Below are positions 41,979 through 54,908 of a stretch of 59,165 nucleotides of DNA, piece after piece. A program made the position numbers and the translations under genes. Positions within the stretch are counted from its first letter, which is position 1. Every line of letters starts with the position of its first letter. Source of the DNA: Alphaproteobacteria bacterium (GTDB taxonomy: Bacteria > Pseudomonadota > Alphaproteobacteria > JANQMY01); the NCBI GenBank assembly GCA_028279895.1, contig JANQMY010000498.1:1-59165 (forward strand). The letters run 5' to 3'. Under the pieces are notes generated by a model that searched no databases, had not been told where the DNA came from, and worked only from the letters and a program-made list of their open reading frames with translations.

Positions 41979-43478
41979 GTGATAAATCCATCTGCTACCG
42001 TGGTCAGCAGACACCGGGACTTTTGGCCCCAATCACAATGGAGTGTCCTGTTTGTCGCCGTTGCCCTGATCTTCCTGATGTCGGCAACCACCGCCTACTC
42101 TAAGGCTCCTCCAGAGACGTTTGCCGATTTGGCCGAACAGCTTTCGCCGGCTGTCGTTAATATCTCCACGTCACAGACGATTGACCGGCAAGATCGCGGC
42201 TCTGTGCCGTTGCCCGAGTTTCCTCCTGGGTCTCCATTCGAGGATCTGTTTCGTGATTTTTTTGATAGAAACGGTGGAAATGGGCGGCCCAGACGGGTCA
42301 CGTCTTTGGGCTCCGGATTCGTAATCGAGCCGACAGGCGTGATCGTCACCAATAATCACGTGATTGAAGAAGCAGACAAAGTCACCGTCAATTTCAGCGA
42401 TGGCACGACGTTGCCCGCGGAGATCTTAGGACGTGACCCGAAAACGGACATTGCCGTGCTTAAAGTAGAGTCTGACAAGCCTCTGCCCTATGTGAACTTT
42501 GGAGATGCCGATAAGGCGCGCGTAGGTGATTGGGTATTGGCAATCGGAAATCCGTTTGGTCTGGGCGGGTCTCTCAGCGCTGGCATCATTTCGGCGCGCA
42601 ATCGCGACATTAATGCTGGTCCCTATGATGACTTCATCCAGACGGATGCAGCCATCAACCGTGGAAACAGCGGCGGTCCCCTCTTCAATACCGCCGGTGA
42701 TGTCATCGGTGTCAATACGGCGATTATCTCTCCGTCGGGGGGGTCTATCGGGATTGGTTTTGCCGTTCCATCGAGTTTGGTTGTTCCCGTTGTCGCTCAG
42801 CTGAAGCGATTTGGGGAAACCCGTCGGGGATGGCTTGGCGTTCGTATTCAGACGGTGACGGATGAAATTGCGGAAAGTCTCTCACTATCCAATCCGCAGG
42901 GCGCACTCGTTGCTGGGATCACGGAAGGTGGACCAGCGGACAAAGCTGGCCTCAAACAGGGCGACGTGATCGTTACGTTCGACGGTCGTCCGGTTGGCGA
43001 AATGCGGCTCCTTCCCAGGATGGTTGCGGAAACCGACATCGGAAAACTGGTTGCGGTCGAGGTCATTCGCGACGGCAAGAAAATCAGCAAGCGTGTCAAA
43101 ATTGAGCGACTCGAAGAGGAAGAGACGGTGGCCTCTGCGTCCTCTGGACCAAAATCTTCCGTGGAAGGTTCAGAAGAGCGGGAGAGTCTTGGGCTGACCT
43201 TATCAACGATCACACCGAGGCTTAGAACCACGTTCAACATCGATGACGATATTGAAGGGGTTCTGGTAACGGAAGTTGATCCGTCGAGTGCTGCGGCGGA
43301 GAAACAAATCCGTCCGGGCGATGTCATCGTCGAGATTGGTCAAGAAGAAGTGTTTCGCCCGGATGACGTGGTGAATGTTGTGAAACGCGTGGTTGGCGAA
43401 GACAAGAAGTCGATTCTTTTGGGTCTTAACCGTCGTGGCGATTTTCGCTTTGTTGCTGTGCGTATCGACAAGAGCTGA
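41979..43478 (+). CDS. degP: periplasmic serine endoprotease DegP/HtrA family (Do)
   Basis: GTG start, a signal/anchor segment, a trypsin-like domain with GNSGGPL, and two PDZ domains. Confidence 0.93.
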   Translation: MINPSATVVSRHRDFWPQSQWSVLFVAVALIFLMSATTAYSKAPPETFADLAEQLSPAVVNISTSQTIDRQDRGSVPLPEFPPGSPFEDLFRDFFDRNGGNGRPRRVTSLGSGFVIEPTGVIVTNNHVIEEADKVTVNFSDGTTLPAEILGRDPKTDIAVLKVESDKPLPYVNFGDADKARVGDWVLAIGNPFGLGGSLSAGIISARNRDINAGPYDDFIQTDAAINRGNSGGPLFNTAGDVIGVNTAIISPSGGSIGIGFAVPSSLVVPVVAQLKRFGETRRGWLGVRIQTVTDEIAESLSLSNPQGALVAGITEGGPADKAGLKQGDVIVTFDGRPVGEMRLLPRMVAETDIGKLVAVEVIRDGKKISKRVKIERLEEEETVASASSGPKSSVEGSEERESLGLTLSTITPRLRTTFNIDDDIEGVLVTEVDPSSAAAEKQIRPGDVIVEIGQEEVFRPDDVVNVVKRVVGEDKKSILLGLNRRGDFRFVAVRIDKS

Positions 43479-43520
43479 TTGTCGGACGTAGGAACCTCGT
43501 GTCGGAGACTATCGGCCCCA

Positions 43521-44435
43521 TCACCTTTCAGTGGTGGGGCTTACTATTTCTGCGTCGGTGTATCCTTGAATGTAGAGCAAGCTCCGAAGATCTGTGTGTT
43601 TGATGGCGACATCAGCGCCTTTCACGACCAAGGGTTTGCCCATAAACGAAACGCCAACACCTGCGCGCTGTATCATCGCCAGATCGTTTGCACCGTCGCC
43701 CACCGCTAGGGTGTCGTTTAGATCGATACTCTTCTCAGCACAAAGGCGCTCCAGATTGGTCAGCTTAGCCGATTGACCCAAAATCGGTTCTATGACTTGT
43801 CCGGTGAGGACGCCGTCCACAATTTCCAGCGTGTTCCCAAAGTCCACGTCAAAGCCGGCTTCCGCAGCAACGCGCGATGTGAAGAAGGTGAAACCGCCCG
43901 AAACAAGAGCGGTGAAGGCACCATGTGCTCGCATGGTTGCAACGAGCTCTTTGGCTCCGCGTGTGAGCTGGATCTTTTTCTTGTAGGTTTGCAACAATAA
44001 GTTTTCGGACTGTCCCTTCAGCATGGCCACGCGCTCTTGCAGGGCTTCTTCAAAGTTAAGCTCACCTCGCATCGCGCGCTCTGTAATTGAGCTGACTTGG
44101 GCTCCAAACCCTGCGGCCGCGGCCAACTCGTCTAGGCACTCACACTGAATGATCGTAGAATCCATATCAGCGATTAGCAGTCTCTTGCGTTCATTCGGGA
44201 TTGGAAGTAACGCAACGTCTATGGGCTGCTGCTGTATAACGGCTTGCACGGCGTCTGTGATATTGGGGTGCGGCTCACCGGCGATTTCTATCCTTACGCA
44301 GTGGTTTTCGCTCAAAACTTTGGCGCGCAATACCTCTGTTTGCCTTTGGTTAAGTGCTGCCTCAAGCTGAGGCAGTATTGCGTCCTGCAAGAGGGGTTTT
44401 CCCGGAGGCGAGATGAGGGTTAGGGAATATTGCAT
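43521..44435 (-). CDS. serB: phosphoserine phosphatase
   Basis: HAD motif I DMDSTII, motif III/IV GDGANDL and an N-terminal ACT-like region. Confidence 0.9.
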   Translation of the reverse strand: MQYSLTLISPPGKPLLQDAILPQLEAALNQRQTEVLRAKVLSENHCVRIEIAGEPHPNITDAVQAVIQQQPIDVALLPIPNERKRLLIADMDSTIIQCECLDELAAAAGFGAQVSSITERAMRGELNFEEALQERVAMLKGQSENLLLQTYKKKIQLTRGAKELVATMRAHGAFTALVSGGFTFFTSRVAAEAGFDVDFGNTLEIVDGVLTGQVIEPILGQSAKLTNLERLCAEKSIDLNDTLAVGDGANDLAMIQRAGVGVSFMGKPLVVKGADVAIKHTDLRSLLYIQGYTDAEIVSPTTER

Positions 44436-44458
44436 GGCAAACTTACTGGCTTGAAATC

Positions 44459-45394
44459 ATGAATCGGATCGTCCTTATTGCAGGGCCCACTTGTAGCGGC
44501 AAGTCCGCCGTTGCGCTCAATTTGGCTGACAAATTGAATGGTGTGCTTATCAATGCGGACTCCATGCAAGTTTATCGGGAGATCCCGCTGCTGAGCGCTC
44601 AGCCATCGGCTTCGGACAGGGCGACTTTGCCTCACATGCTTTATGGGCATGTGAGCGCTTCAGAGCGTTACTCTGTCGGCGCATGGCTTGAGGATGTTGG
44701 GCGCGCTCTCAAGACAGCCAACGCAGATGGTCGCGTGCCGATTATTGTCGGTGGAACGGGTCTCTACTTTCAGGCGCTCACCAACGGGCTGTCAGACATC
44801 CCCCCGATACCAGAGTTCGTCCGAAGCTATCGAAGTCTCCTGGCAAAACGCCACGGATTGGCTGCATTGAGGGCGAGATTGACGACGCTGGAGCCGGAGG
44901 AAGCGGCGGCGGTCGGGCAAATGGACCGGCAGCGCCTAATGCGAGCGTTGGACGTCCGGCTGGCAACCGGACATTCGTTGGGATATTGGCAGTCCATGGG
45001 TACAAGCCCTGTCGTTTCGGAGGGCGGGTACCATGCCTTCGTACTAAACCCGCCTCGCGAGGTCATCTACGAGAGGTGTGAACAACGGTTTGATGAAATG
45101 ATCCGGGATGGGGCCGTTGAGGAGGTTGCTAAGCTGCTTGAATTGGGGCTTCCGCCGTCTGCGCCGGCGATGAAGGCGCTAGGTGTCCCACAATTATCTG
45201 CTTATCTACGGGGGCAATTATCCGTGGAAGAAGCCGTGAGCAAGGCGAAAACAGCGACCAGGCGTTATGCTAAGCGTCAATATACCTGGATAAATGGTCA
45301 TATGATTGCGTGGAATAAGATTTATGAGCAAGATTCGGAACAAAATTCATCAAAAATCTTTTCGATTATTAAAGAAAATGGGTTGACCATGTAG
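44459..45394 (+). CDS. miaA: tRNA dimethylallyltransferase
   Basis: P-loop GPTCSGKS, with DSMQVYR and GGTGLYF motifs. Confidence 0.95.
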   Translation: MNRIVLIAGPTCSGKSAVALNLADKLNGVLINADSMQVYREIPLLSAQPSASDRATLPHMLYGHVSASERYSVGAWLEDVGRALKTANADGRVPIIVGGTGLYFQALTNGLSDIPPIPEFVRSYRSLLAKRHGLAALRARLTTLEPEEAAAVGQMDRQRLMRALDVRLATGHSLGYWQSMGTSPVVSEGGYHAFVLNPPREVIYERCEQRFDEMIRDGAVEEVAKLLELGLPPSAPAMKALGVPQLSAYLRGQLSVEEAVSKAKTATRRYAKRQYTWINGHMIAWNKIYEQDSEQNSSKIFSIIKENGLTM

Positions 45395-45426
45395 GGCGTC
45401 GCGACTAGGGTGCGCTGCTTTGAGGG

Positions 45427-45450
45427 CCGAGCGATTTCGCTCGGATTTTT
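45427..45450 (+). terminator. intrinsic terminator-like hairpin after miaA, abutting the ilvI start
   Basis: CCGAGCG-ATTT-CGCTCGG followed by ATTTTTG. It ends only 9 nt before ATG 45460 and 24 nt before ATG 45475. Confidence 0.65.
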
Positions 45451-45459
45451 GTTGGTTTA

Positions 45460-47232
45460 ATGGAGTTGTCCGTCATGTCGTCCGAAAAGAAGTCTGGTGC
45501 TGAATTGATCCTTCAAGCGCTTGAGGACCAGGGCGTGGACGTGATTTTCGGCTATCCGGGCGGTGCTGTCCTGCCGATTTACGATGTTTTGTTCAAGCAG
45601 GACAAGATCAAGCATGTTTTAGTTCGCCACGAACAGGGGGCGGTACATGCGGCTGAAGGTTACGCTAGATCAAGCGGGAAACCGGGTGTGGTTCTGGTTA
45701 CGTCCGGTCCAGGTGCAACCAATGCGGTTACCGGGTTGACCGATGCCCTTATGGATTCGGTGCCGGTTGTCTGCCTTTCAGGGCAGGTTGCGACCCACCT
45801 CATCGGATCGGATGCCTTTCAGGAATGTGATACGGTCGGAATTACGCGGGGATGTACGAAACATAACTGGCTTGTCAAAAGCGCATCAGACCTGCCCCGG
45901 GTGATTCATGAAGCCTTCTATATCGCAAAGAGCGGCCGGCCTGGACCTGTTGTTGTAGACGTTCCCAAAGACGTTCAATTTGAAGAGGCCGAGTATGTCG
46001 GGCCCGCGAATGTTCGCCATCGGACCTATCAGCCACAGCTCAAAGGCAGCATGGAGAGTATTAAAGAAGCCGCCGAACTGATCGCTTCCGCAGAGCGGCC
46101 GATTTTTTACACGGGTGGCGGCGTCGTAAACTCGGGACGCGCCGCAACCCAGCTGTTGAGGGAGTTTGTCAAGGCAACTGGCTTTCCGATCACGTCCACA
46201 CTAATGGGCCTGGGGGCCTACCCGGCGCACGATCCACAGTGGTTGGGCATGCTCGGAATGCATGGCACTTACGAAGCCAATTGGGCGATGAATCAATGCG
46301 ATCTCATGATCAACGTTGGTGCACGGTTTGATGATCGTATTACGGGCCGGCTGGATGCCTTTTCCCCTAATTCGAAAAAGATTCATATCGACATCGATCC
46401 ATCGTCGATTAACAAGAATGTCATGGTCGACGTTCCAATCGTCGGTGATGCGGCTCACGTTCTTGAAGACCTCATGCGCGTTTGGAAATCGTCGGCGCGG
46501 CCACCCCGAAAGGCGCAACTCGAAGCGTGGTGGCAACGCATCGATCAATGGCGTGACAAGAAAAGCCTCTCATTCGAGAATTCCGATGCCGTAATCAAGC
46601 CGCAGCACGCCATTCAGCGACTGTATGAATTGACCAAGGATCGGGAGACCTACATCACCACTGAGGTGGGACAGCACCAAATGTGGGCCGCGCAACATTA
46701 TCACTTCAACGAGCCCAACCGCTGGATGACATCAGGCGGTCTTGGAACCATGGGATATGGGTTGCCGGCGGCGATCGGCGTCCAAATGGCTCACCCGGAA
46801 AAGCTTGTCGTCGATATCGCTGGCGAAGCTTCGATTTTGATGAACATGCAAGAAATGTCGACCGCTGTTCAATATAGGCTGCCGGTAAAGGTCTTTATCC
46901 TGAATAATCAGTATATGGGTATGGTTCGACAGTGGCAGGAGCTGCTTCACGGTGGGCGGTATTCGGAGAGCTACACCGCGGCGCTACCCGATTTTGTTAA
47001 GTTGGCGGAAGCCTATCATGCAACGGGCCTTCGGGTGACGAACCCCGCGGATCTTGACGAGACCATTCTTCAGATGATGAACACCAGTGGACCTGTGATT
47101 GTCGATTGCGTTGTCGACAAAGAAGAGAACTGTTTCCCGATGATCCCCTCGGGCGCTGCGCATAACGATATGATTCTCGGTCCCGAAGAAACGGATCAGA
47201 AGATTTCCGACGAGGGGAAAGTACTCGTTTAA
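45460..47232 (+). CDS. ilvI: acetolactate synthase large subunit
   Basis: ThDP-dependent enzyme, 590 aa, with the GGLGTMGYGLPAAIG ThDP motif. The start is ATG 45460 or 45475. Confidence 0.95.
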   Translation: MELSVMSSEKKSGAELILQALEDQGVDVIFGYPGGAVLPIYDVLFKQDKIKHVLVRHEQGAVHAAEGYARSSGKPGVVLVTSGPGATNAVTGLTDALMDSVPVVCLSGQVATHLIGSDAFQECDTVGITRGCTKHNWLVKSASDLPRVIHEAFYIAKSGRPGPVVVDVPKDVQFEEAEYVGPANVRHRTYQPQLKGSMESIKEAAELIASAERPIFYTGGGVVNSGRAATQLLREFVKATGFPITSTLMGLGAYPAHDPQWLGMLGMHGTYEANWAMNQCDLMINVGARFDDRITGRLDAFSPNSKKIHIDIDPSSINKNVMVDVPIVGDAAHVLEDLMRVWKSSARPPRKAQLEAWWQRIDQWRDKKSLSFENSDAVIKPQHAIQRLYELTKDRETYITTEVGQHQMWAAQHYHFNEPNRWMTSGGLGTMGYGLPAAIGVQMAHPEKLVVDIAGEASILMNMQEMSTAVQYRLPVKVFILNNQYMGMVRQWQELLHGGRYSESYTAALPDFVKLAEAYHATGLRVTNPADLDETILQMMNTSGPVIVDCVVDKEENCFPMIPSGAAHNDMILGPEETDQKISDEGKVLV

Positions 47233-47299
47233 CCTGGAAGAAGGTATGCAGGCATTCCATACACACGGAATGCAGACCGCTGCCGATTTGGATTAGGAC

Positions 47300-48861
<1,562 letters not shown>

Positions 48862-49099
48862 GTGCGGTCACTGATTTTGCGGGTTCGCGCCGTAGTTGGC
48901 CGGACATCTCAAATATCGGCATGTTTTCGGCGACAAGAGGCATTCCTTAACAAATAGTTGTTGGAAGGCGGGGCGTTGCCGCACGGTGGCCATTTTTTTC
49001 TTTTCAAATTACCTGCATTAGCCACAAGATCGTCACGGCAAATTAACCAAATTTGGAGCACACTCCGAATTGCAAGAGTTCGACGAACTGGGGTGATGA

Positions 49100-50149
<1,050 letters not shown>

Positions 50150-50297
50150 GCGGCAAGGGTTCGGAAAACGGCGGTTTCCTGGTAGAGTCAAACTTCGGAT
50201 CTTAAGATTCGGCGTTTTCTTGATCCAGGTTTAGGACAGTTGCCTCTGCTGACCGAAGCGAACATCTGTGGGATAAGAAGGTGTTGGGACGGCTCCA

Positions 50298-51275
50298 GTG
50301 ATTGACCGCGTGAGTAGGAGCCAGGCCGGCGAAATATCAAAAAGGTCACGACCTTATGTGACCTTGCTTGCCTTTTTGATTTTTGTATCAGCTGTTCTTT
50401 TGTTTGTTGGCAGAGCGGACCCGACGGCGTTTGAAAAAAGCCGGTTGTGGGTCATTGATGGGGTCGCGCCTTTCCTAGAAACGGTCTCAAAACCGGTGAT
50501 GTCGGCGATTGACTACATTGGGCGGGCCGACGACCTTGTGGCGCTTTATGACGAAAACGATCGCTTGAGGGAAGAAAATCAGCAGTTGCAGGACTGGCGG
50601 GAGGCCGCGATTGGCCTTGAGCAAAAGCTCGAACGTTACCAGGCGCTGCTGAATGTTCAAATCGATCCCAAAATGGAGTTCGTCACAGGGCGTGTTATTG
50701 CCGAAAGCGGTGGGCCGTTCCTGAAAACCTACGTCGTAAACCTTGGGCAAAATCAAGCCGTCAAAAAGGGACATGCGGTCATAGATTCAAGCGGCTTGAT
50801 TGGGCGGGTGGTGACGGCAGGTCAAGATGCGTCGCGAATCCTGCTGCTGACGGACTTAAATAGCCGTGTGCCGGTATTCGTCGAGCCTGAACATGTTCGC
50901 GCGATACTCTCGGGCGATAATCGAAACAGCCCCTTTTTGGATCACCTGCCAAAGAACTACCAGCCGCAAGTGGGCAGTAGAGTGGTCACGTCTGGGGATG
51001 GGGGGTTACTGCCGCCAGGACTGCCAATTGGCATGGTGACCCAGCAACAGCCCGGTGGAAAGTTCCGGGTCGCTTTGTTTTCAAACCTGTCCCAAACAGA
51101 TTTTGTTCGTGTTGTGCAGTACGAGTTTCCCAAAGTTGTACCAATCGAACCGGAAGCGAATGCGGATGCACGCCAAAGCGAAACCGAAGAAGAATCGCCG
51201 GCGGAGGGGCCTGAAGCTTCCGTCAATACGTCTGCCGTAGCATCCGGTAATGCGGGAGCGGGCAACGCCCAGTAG
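50298..51275 (+). CDS. mreC: rod shape-determining protein MreC
   Basis: GTG start, N-terminal TM segment, coiled coil (ENDRLREENQQLQ), beta-rich core and an acidic/Ala-Gly C-terminal tail. Confidence 0.9.
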   Translation: MIDRVSRSQAGEISKRSRPYVTLLAFLIFVSAVLLFVGRADPTAFEKSRLWVIDGVAPFLETVSKPVMSAIDYIGRADDLVALYDENDRLREENQQLQDWREAAIGLEQKLERYQALLNVQIDPKMEFVTGRVIAESGGPFLKTYVVNLGQNQAVKKGHAVIDSSGLIGRVVTAGQDASRILLLTDLNSRVPVFVEPEHVRAILSGDNRNSPFLDHLPKNYQPQVGSRVVTSGDGGLLPPGLPIGMVTQQQPGGKFRVALFSNLSQTDFVRVVQYEFPKVVPIEPEANADARQSETEEESPAEGPEASVNTSAVASGNAGAGNAQ

Positions 51276-51291
51276 GAAAGGTCGAGCGGTT

Positions 51292-51807
51292 ATGGATGGT
51301 CAAACTTCTAGCCCGGTAGCCAAGGCGCTTTGGCAATGTACGCCAGCGGCGCTTACTCTTTCGTGCGTGCTGCTTTCTCTCGTTCCATTCGGGCTCGCAA
51401 CCCATTGGCTGGTATTTCCCGCCTTGGCTCTGACTGCCGTATTCTTTTGGGCGATAAACCAGCCAAGTCTGTTGCCGCCGGTTTTCATTTTCTGCGTTGG
51501 TCTCACACAAGACTTTTTGACCGGCGGACCGATCGGTCTTTGGGCTTTTGTTTACCTGGTGGCCTTTGGTGCGGTTATCTCACAGAGGAACCTGTTGTTT
51601 TCGCAGCCGTTTCCGATGCTTTGGGCCGGCTTCCTGTTGGTGACGGTATTGGCGGGTGTGCTGGTGTGGCTGGTGGGGAGCTTCTATTACTCCAAAGCGC
51701 TCAATGTTGGTCCGATTGCGCTGCAGTCGATGATTACCGTTCTGATCTATCCATTGATGAACAAGATATACCGGCACGTTCAGAACAATATCATTTCGTC
51801 AGCCTAA
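51292..51807 (+). CDS. mreD: rod shape-determining protein MreD
   Basis: 171-aa polytopic membrane protein directly after mreC. The internal ATG 51292 is preferred over the track start at 51250, which overlaps mreC. Confidence 0.85.
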   Translation: MDGQTSSPVAKALWQCTPAALTLSCVLLSLVPFGLATHWLVFPALALTAVFFWAINQPSLLPPVFIFCVGLTQDFLTGGPIGLWAFVYLVAFGAVISQRNLLFSQPFPMLWAGFLLVTVLAGVLVWLVGSFYYSKALNVGPIALQSMITVLIYPLMNKIYRHVQNNIISSA

Positions 51808-51826
51808 TGATGATAGGCTTTTTAGA

Positions 51827-53710
51827 ATGAGCATCAAAGACAATGAGAGGTATTTGGCTTTCTCGCGGAGGGCCGCTCTTATGTCTATTGGGACGCTCGG
51901 TGCGTTTGGTACGATTGCGGCGCGCCTGTATTACCTCCAGGTTTCTAAGTCACGCGAATACTCTCTAAAGGCTGAAGAAAACCGTATCGACCCGCGGGTT
52001 ATTGTTCCCTTGAGAGGGAGGATTCTCGATCGCTTCGGGGTTGAGCTGGCAAGTAATCAGCAGGATTATCGAGTTATTCTAGTCCCGGAGAACGCTGAGG
52101 ACGTCGAGTCCGTTTTGCGGACTCTGTCTGAGATTATCCCCCTAACGACCGAGCAGCAGCAAAGCATACTCAAAAAGGTTGAATCGCAACGCGACTTTGT
52201 TCCCATCAAGGTGGCTGGACATCTAACCTGGGATGAATTTGCGCGGGTCAATGTGCGGGGGCCGGAACTTGCGGGCATAGAACCGGTTGTCGGCGAAACG
52301 CGGAACTATCCGTATAAAGAAGATCTTTCTCATGTGTTGGGCTATGTGACACGCCCGGATGCAGACGATCAGGCGGATGATCCGCACCCCCTCTTGCGCC
52401 AAGAAGAGTTTCGAATTGGCGGTGATGGGATCGAACGCCTGACCGACAAGAACCTGCGCGGCAAACCGGGCTACCGTCACGTCGAGGTGAACGCTTTGGG
52501 GCGCGTGGTCGGGGAAATCAGGCGCGTTGACGGCGTGGCCGGGGACGATGTCGTTTTGACCATCGACGTTGCGCTGCAAAAGTTCGCGGCGGAACGCATG
52601 CGGGGCGAAAGCGGGTCTGCGGTACTGATGGACATCTTCACGGGGGACGTGTTGGCCTTGGTCTCGGAGCCGGGTTTCGACCCTCAGGGCTTCAACCGCG
52701 GATGGACGTCGGAACAGTGGAAGGGGCTTTTGAACAATCCGCTGAAGCCGCTTGTCAACAAATGCATAGCCGGTCAGTACCCGCCGGGCTCTACCGTAAA
52801 GCCGATGATTGCGTTGGCGGCGCTTGAGCAGGGCGTGGTGAAACCGCACGAAGCTGTGTTTTGCAGCGGCAAGAGGCGGTTGGGGAACCACATTTTTCAT
52901 TGTTGGAAGCGTGGTGGACATGGGTGGATGGACCTCAAGGACGGCGTTAAGCACTCCTGCGACATCTATTTCTATGAAATCGCGAGCCGACTCGGCATCG
53001 ATCAGATGGAGCACTATCTGAAAGAATTCGGACTAGGTGAGAACTATGAATTCGACTTGCCCGGAGAAAAGCCTGGATTAGTGCCGAACAGAGGGTGGAA
53101 ACGGGCGACAACCGGCGTCCCGTGGCAGAAGGGCGAGACACTGATTACCGGCATTGGCCAAGGCTACTTGTTGGCCACCCCGTTGCAGATGGCCGTCATG
53201 ACCGCTCGGTTTGCAAACGGCGGAATTAAAGTCAAACCGCGACTGTTGCGCTCCATCGGGCCAGAGTTTGTCGAACGCCCGAAGCGTGACGTGTTCCAAC
53301 TAAATTCGCGATACCTGGATATTGCGAAAGCCAGCATGGATGCCGTGACTAATGAAGTCGGTGGCACAGCCTTTCGCAGCCGCGTGGACGTGGATGGGAT
53401 GAAGATGGCCGGTAAAACCGGAACGGCTCAAGTCCGTCGCATCACGAAAGCTGAGCGGCTCACAGGTGTTCTCAAGAATGAGGAACTGCCTTGGCGGTTT
53501 CGTGATCATGCATTGTTCGTCGCCTATGCGCCGGTTGACGAACCCCGGTATGCGTTGGCGGTGGTGATTGACCATGGAGGCAGCGGTTCAAAGAAGGCCG
53601 CGCCGATCGCAAAGGACATTATGACTGAGACCCTGAAGCGTGATCCGTTACGGCTATCCGCCGTATCGCCGATTGCGCAGAGTGCTGACGAGACGGTGGA
53701 GCGGGGCTGA
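51827..53710 (+). CDS. mrdA: penicillin-binding protein 2 (elongasome transpeptidase)
   Basis: SxxK (STVKP) and KTG (KTGTAQ) motifs. Lies between mreD and rodA. Confidence 0.95.
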   Translation: MSIKDNERYLAFSRRAALMSIGTLGAFGTIAARLYYLQVSKSREYSLKAEENRIDPRVIVPLRGRILDRFGVELASNQQDYRVILVPENAEDVESVLRTLSEIIPLTTEQQQSILKKVESQRDFVPIKVAGHLTWDEFARVNVRGPELAGIEPVVGETRNYPYKEDLSHVLGYVTRPDADDQADDPHPLLRQEEFRIGGDGIERLTDKNLRGKPGYRHVEVNALGRVVGEIRRVDGVAGDDVVLTIDVALQKFAAERMRGESGSAVLMDIFTGDVLALVSEPGFDPQGFNRGWTSEQWKGLLNNPLKPLVNKCIAGQYPPGSTVKPMIALAALEQGVVKPHEAVFCSGKRRLGNHIFHCWKRGGHGWMDLKDGVKHSCDIYFYEIASRLGIDQMEHYLKEFGLGENYEFDLPGEKPGLVPNRGWKRATTGVPWQKGETLITGIGQGYLLATPLQMAVMTARFANGGIKVKPRLLRSIGPEFVERPKRDVFQLNSRYLDIAKASMDAVTNEVGGTAFRSRVDVDGMKMAGKTGTAQVRRITKAERLTGVLKNEELPWRFRDHALFVAYAPVDEPRYALAVVIDHGGSGSKKAAPIAKDIMTETLKRDPLRLSAVSPIAQSADETVERG

Positions 53711-53713
53711 GCT

Positions 53714-54865
53714 ATGAGCGAACTCATTGGCGGCCGCGGGGGATTACGCACTCATCTCAATAAGGTGCTCGAGATCCATTGGGCTTTTGTTTTCCTCCTC
53801 TGCGTCATCGCTAGCGTCGGATTTGGCATGTTGATTTCGGTAGCCGAGGGGCATTTAGACCCCTGGGCGTCCCGTCAAATGATCCGGTTTGCGATCGGTT
53901 TGGTGATCCTGATTGCCGTTGCGGTGGTCGATATTCGCATTTGGATGGCGCTGGCTTATCCCGCCTATACCATCGCGCTATTGCTTTTAGTGGCGGTTGA
54001 GTTTTTTGGCACCGTCGGGATGGGCGCGCAAAGGTGGATAGATTTTGGCGTCTTCAGGCTTCAGCCGTCGGAGTTGATGAAGATCACGCTCGTCTTGGCG
54101 CTGGCGCGCTATTTCCACGGCATTACGTTAGAGCAAGTGTCACGGCCACTGTATCTGTTGGCGCCCCTGCTACTCATTTCCTTGCCGGTCATCTTGGTAT
54201 TGCGTCAGCCGGATCTTGGCACGTCGCTGCTTTTGGCAATCGGCGGCTTTTCGCTACTGTTCCTGGCCGGTATCAGTTGGAAGTGGCTTGTGGCAGCGGG
54301 GGCGGCAAGCTTGGCCGCCTTACCCATTGCCTGGCAGTTCGTCTTAGCACCATACCAAAAGGCCCTAATACTGACCTTTTTGGAGCCGGAAGCTGATATC
54401 CGGGGTGCTGGTTGGCATATTTTGCAGTCAAAGATTGCGCTGGGATCTGGCGGGGTGTTCGGTAAAGGGTGGCTGCAAGGTACGCAAAGCCATCTCGACT
54501 TTTTGCCCGAGAAACAGACGGACTTCATTTTTACGATGTTGGCGGAAGAGTTCGGGTTGGTGGGTGCTCTAACGCTTTTGGGCTTGTATCTGCTTGTCCT
54601 CGGATATGGCCTTGCGATCGCCATGCAGACCCGCAGCCAGTTTGGCCGTCTTGTCGTGATGGGCGTTTGTATTACGTTTTTGCTCTACATTCTGATCAAC
54701 ACGGCAATGGTCGTGGGCATGATTCCGGTCGTGGGGGTTCCTTTGCCACTGGTTTCATATGGCGGCACGGCTATGATGACACTTATGTTTGGCTTCGGTC
54801 TGCTTATGTGTGTCTACGTGCATCGGGATGTGGACGTGCCGCGCCATTCCAACTCACTCATCTGA
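53714..54865 (+). CDS. rodA: SEDS-family peptidoglycan polymerase RodA
   Basis: Polytopic protein with TDFIFTMLAEEFG and PLVSYGGT motifs. Confidence 0.95.
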   Translation: MSELIGGRGGLRTHLNKVLEIHWAFVFLLCVIASVGFGMLISVAEGHLDPWASRQMIRFAIGLVILIAVAVVDIRIWMALAYPAYTIALLLLVAVEFFGTVGMGAQRWIDFGVFRLQPSELMKITLVLALARYFHGITLEQVSRPLYLLAPLLLISLPVILVLRQPDLGTSLLLAIGGFSLLFLAGISWKWLVAAGAASLAALPIAWQFVLAPYQKALILTFLEPEADIRGAGWHILQSKIALGSGGVFGKGWLQGTQSHLDFLPEKQTDFIFTMLAEEFGLVGALTLLGLYLLVLGYGLAIAMQTRSQFGRLVVMGVCITFLLYILINTAMVVGMIPVVGVPLPLVSYGGTAMMTLMFGFGLLMCVYVHRDVDVPRHSNSLI

Positions 54866-54908
54866 TTGCAGCGGAAGCCCCAGGGGCCGACAGACATTTT
54901 GTCTTGCC

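Noticed and set aside
52223-53014. 263-aa minus-strand ORF
   Set aside because: It is antisense to mrdA (PBP2 with SxxK/KTG motifs). The composition is Arg/His/Pro-rich, so I treat it as a shadow ORF.
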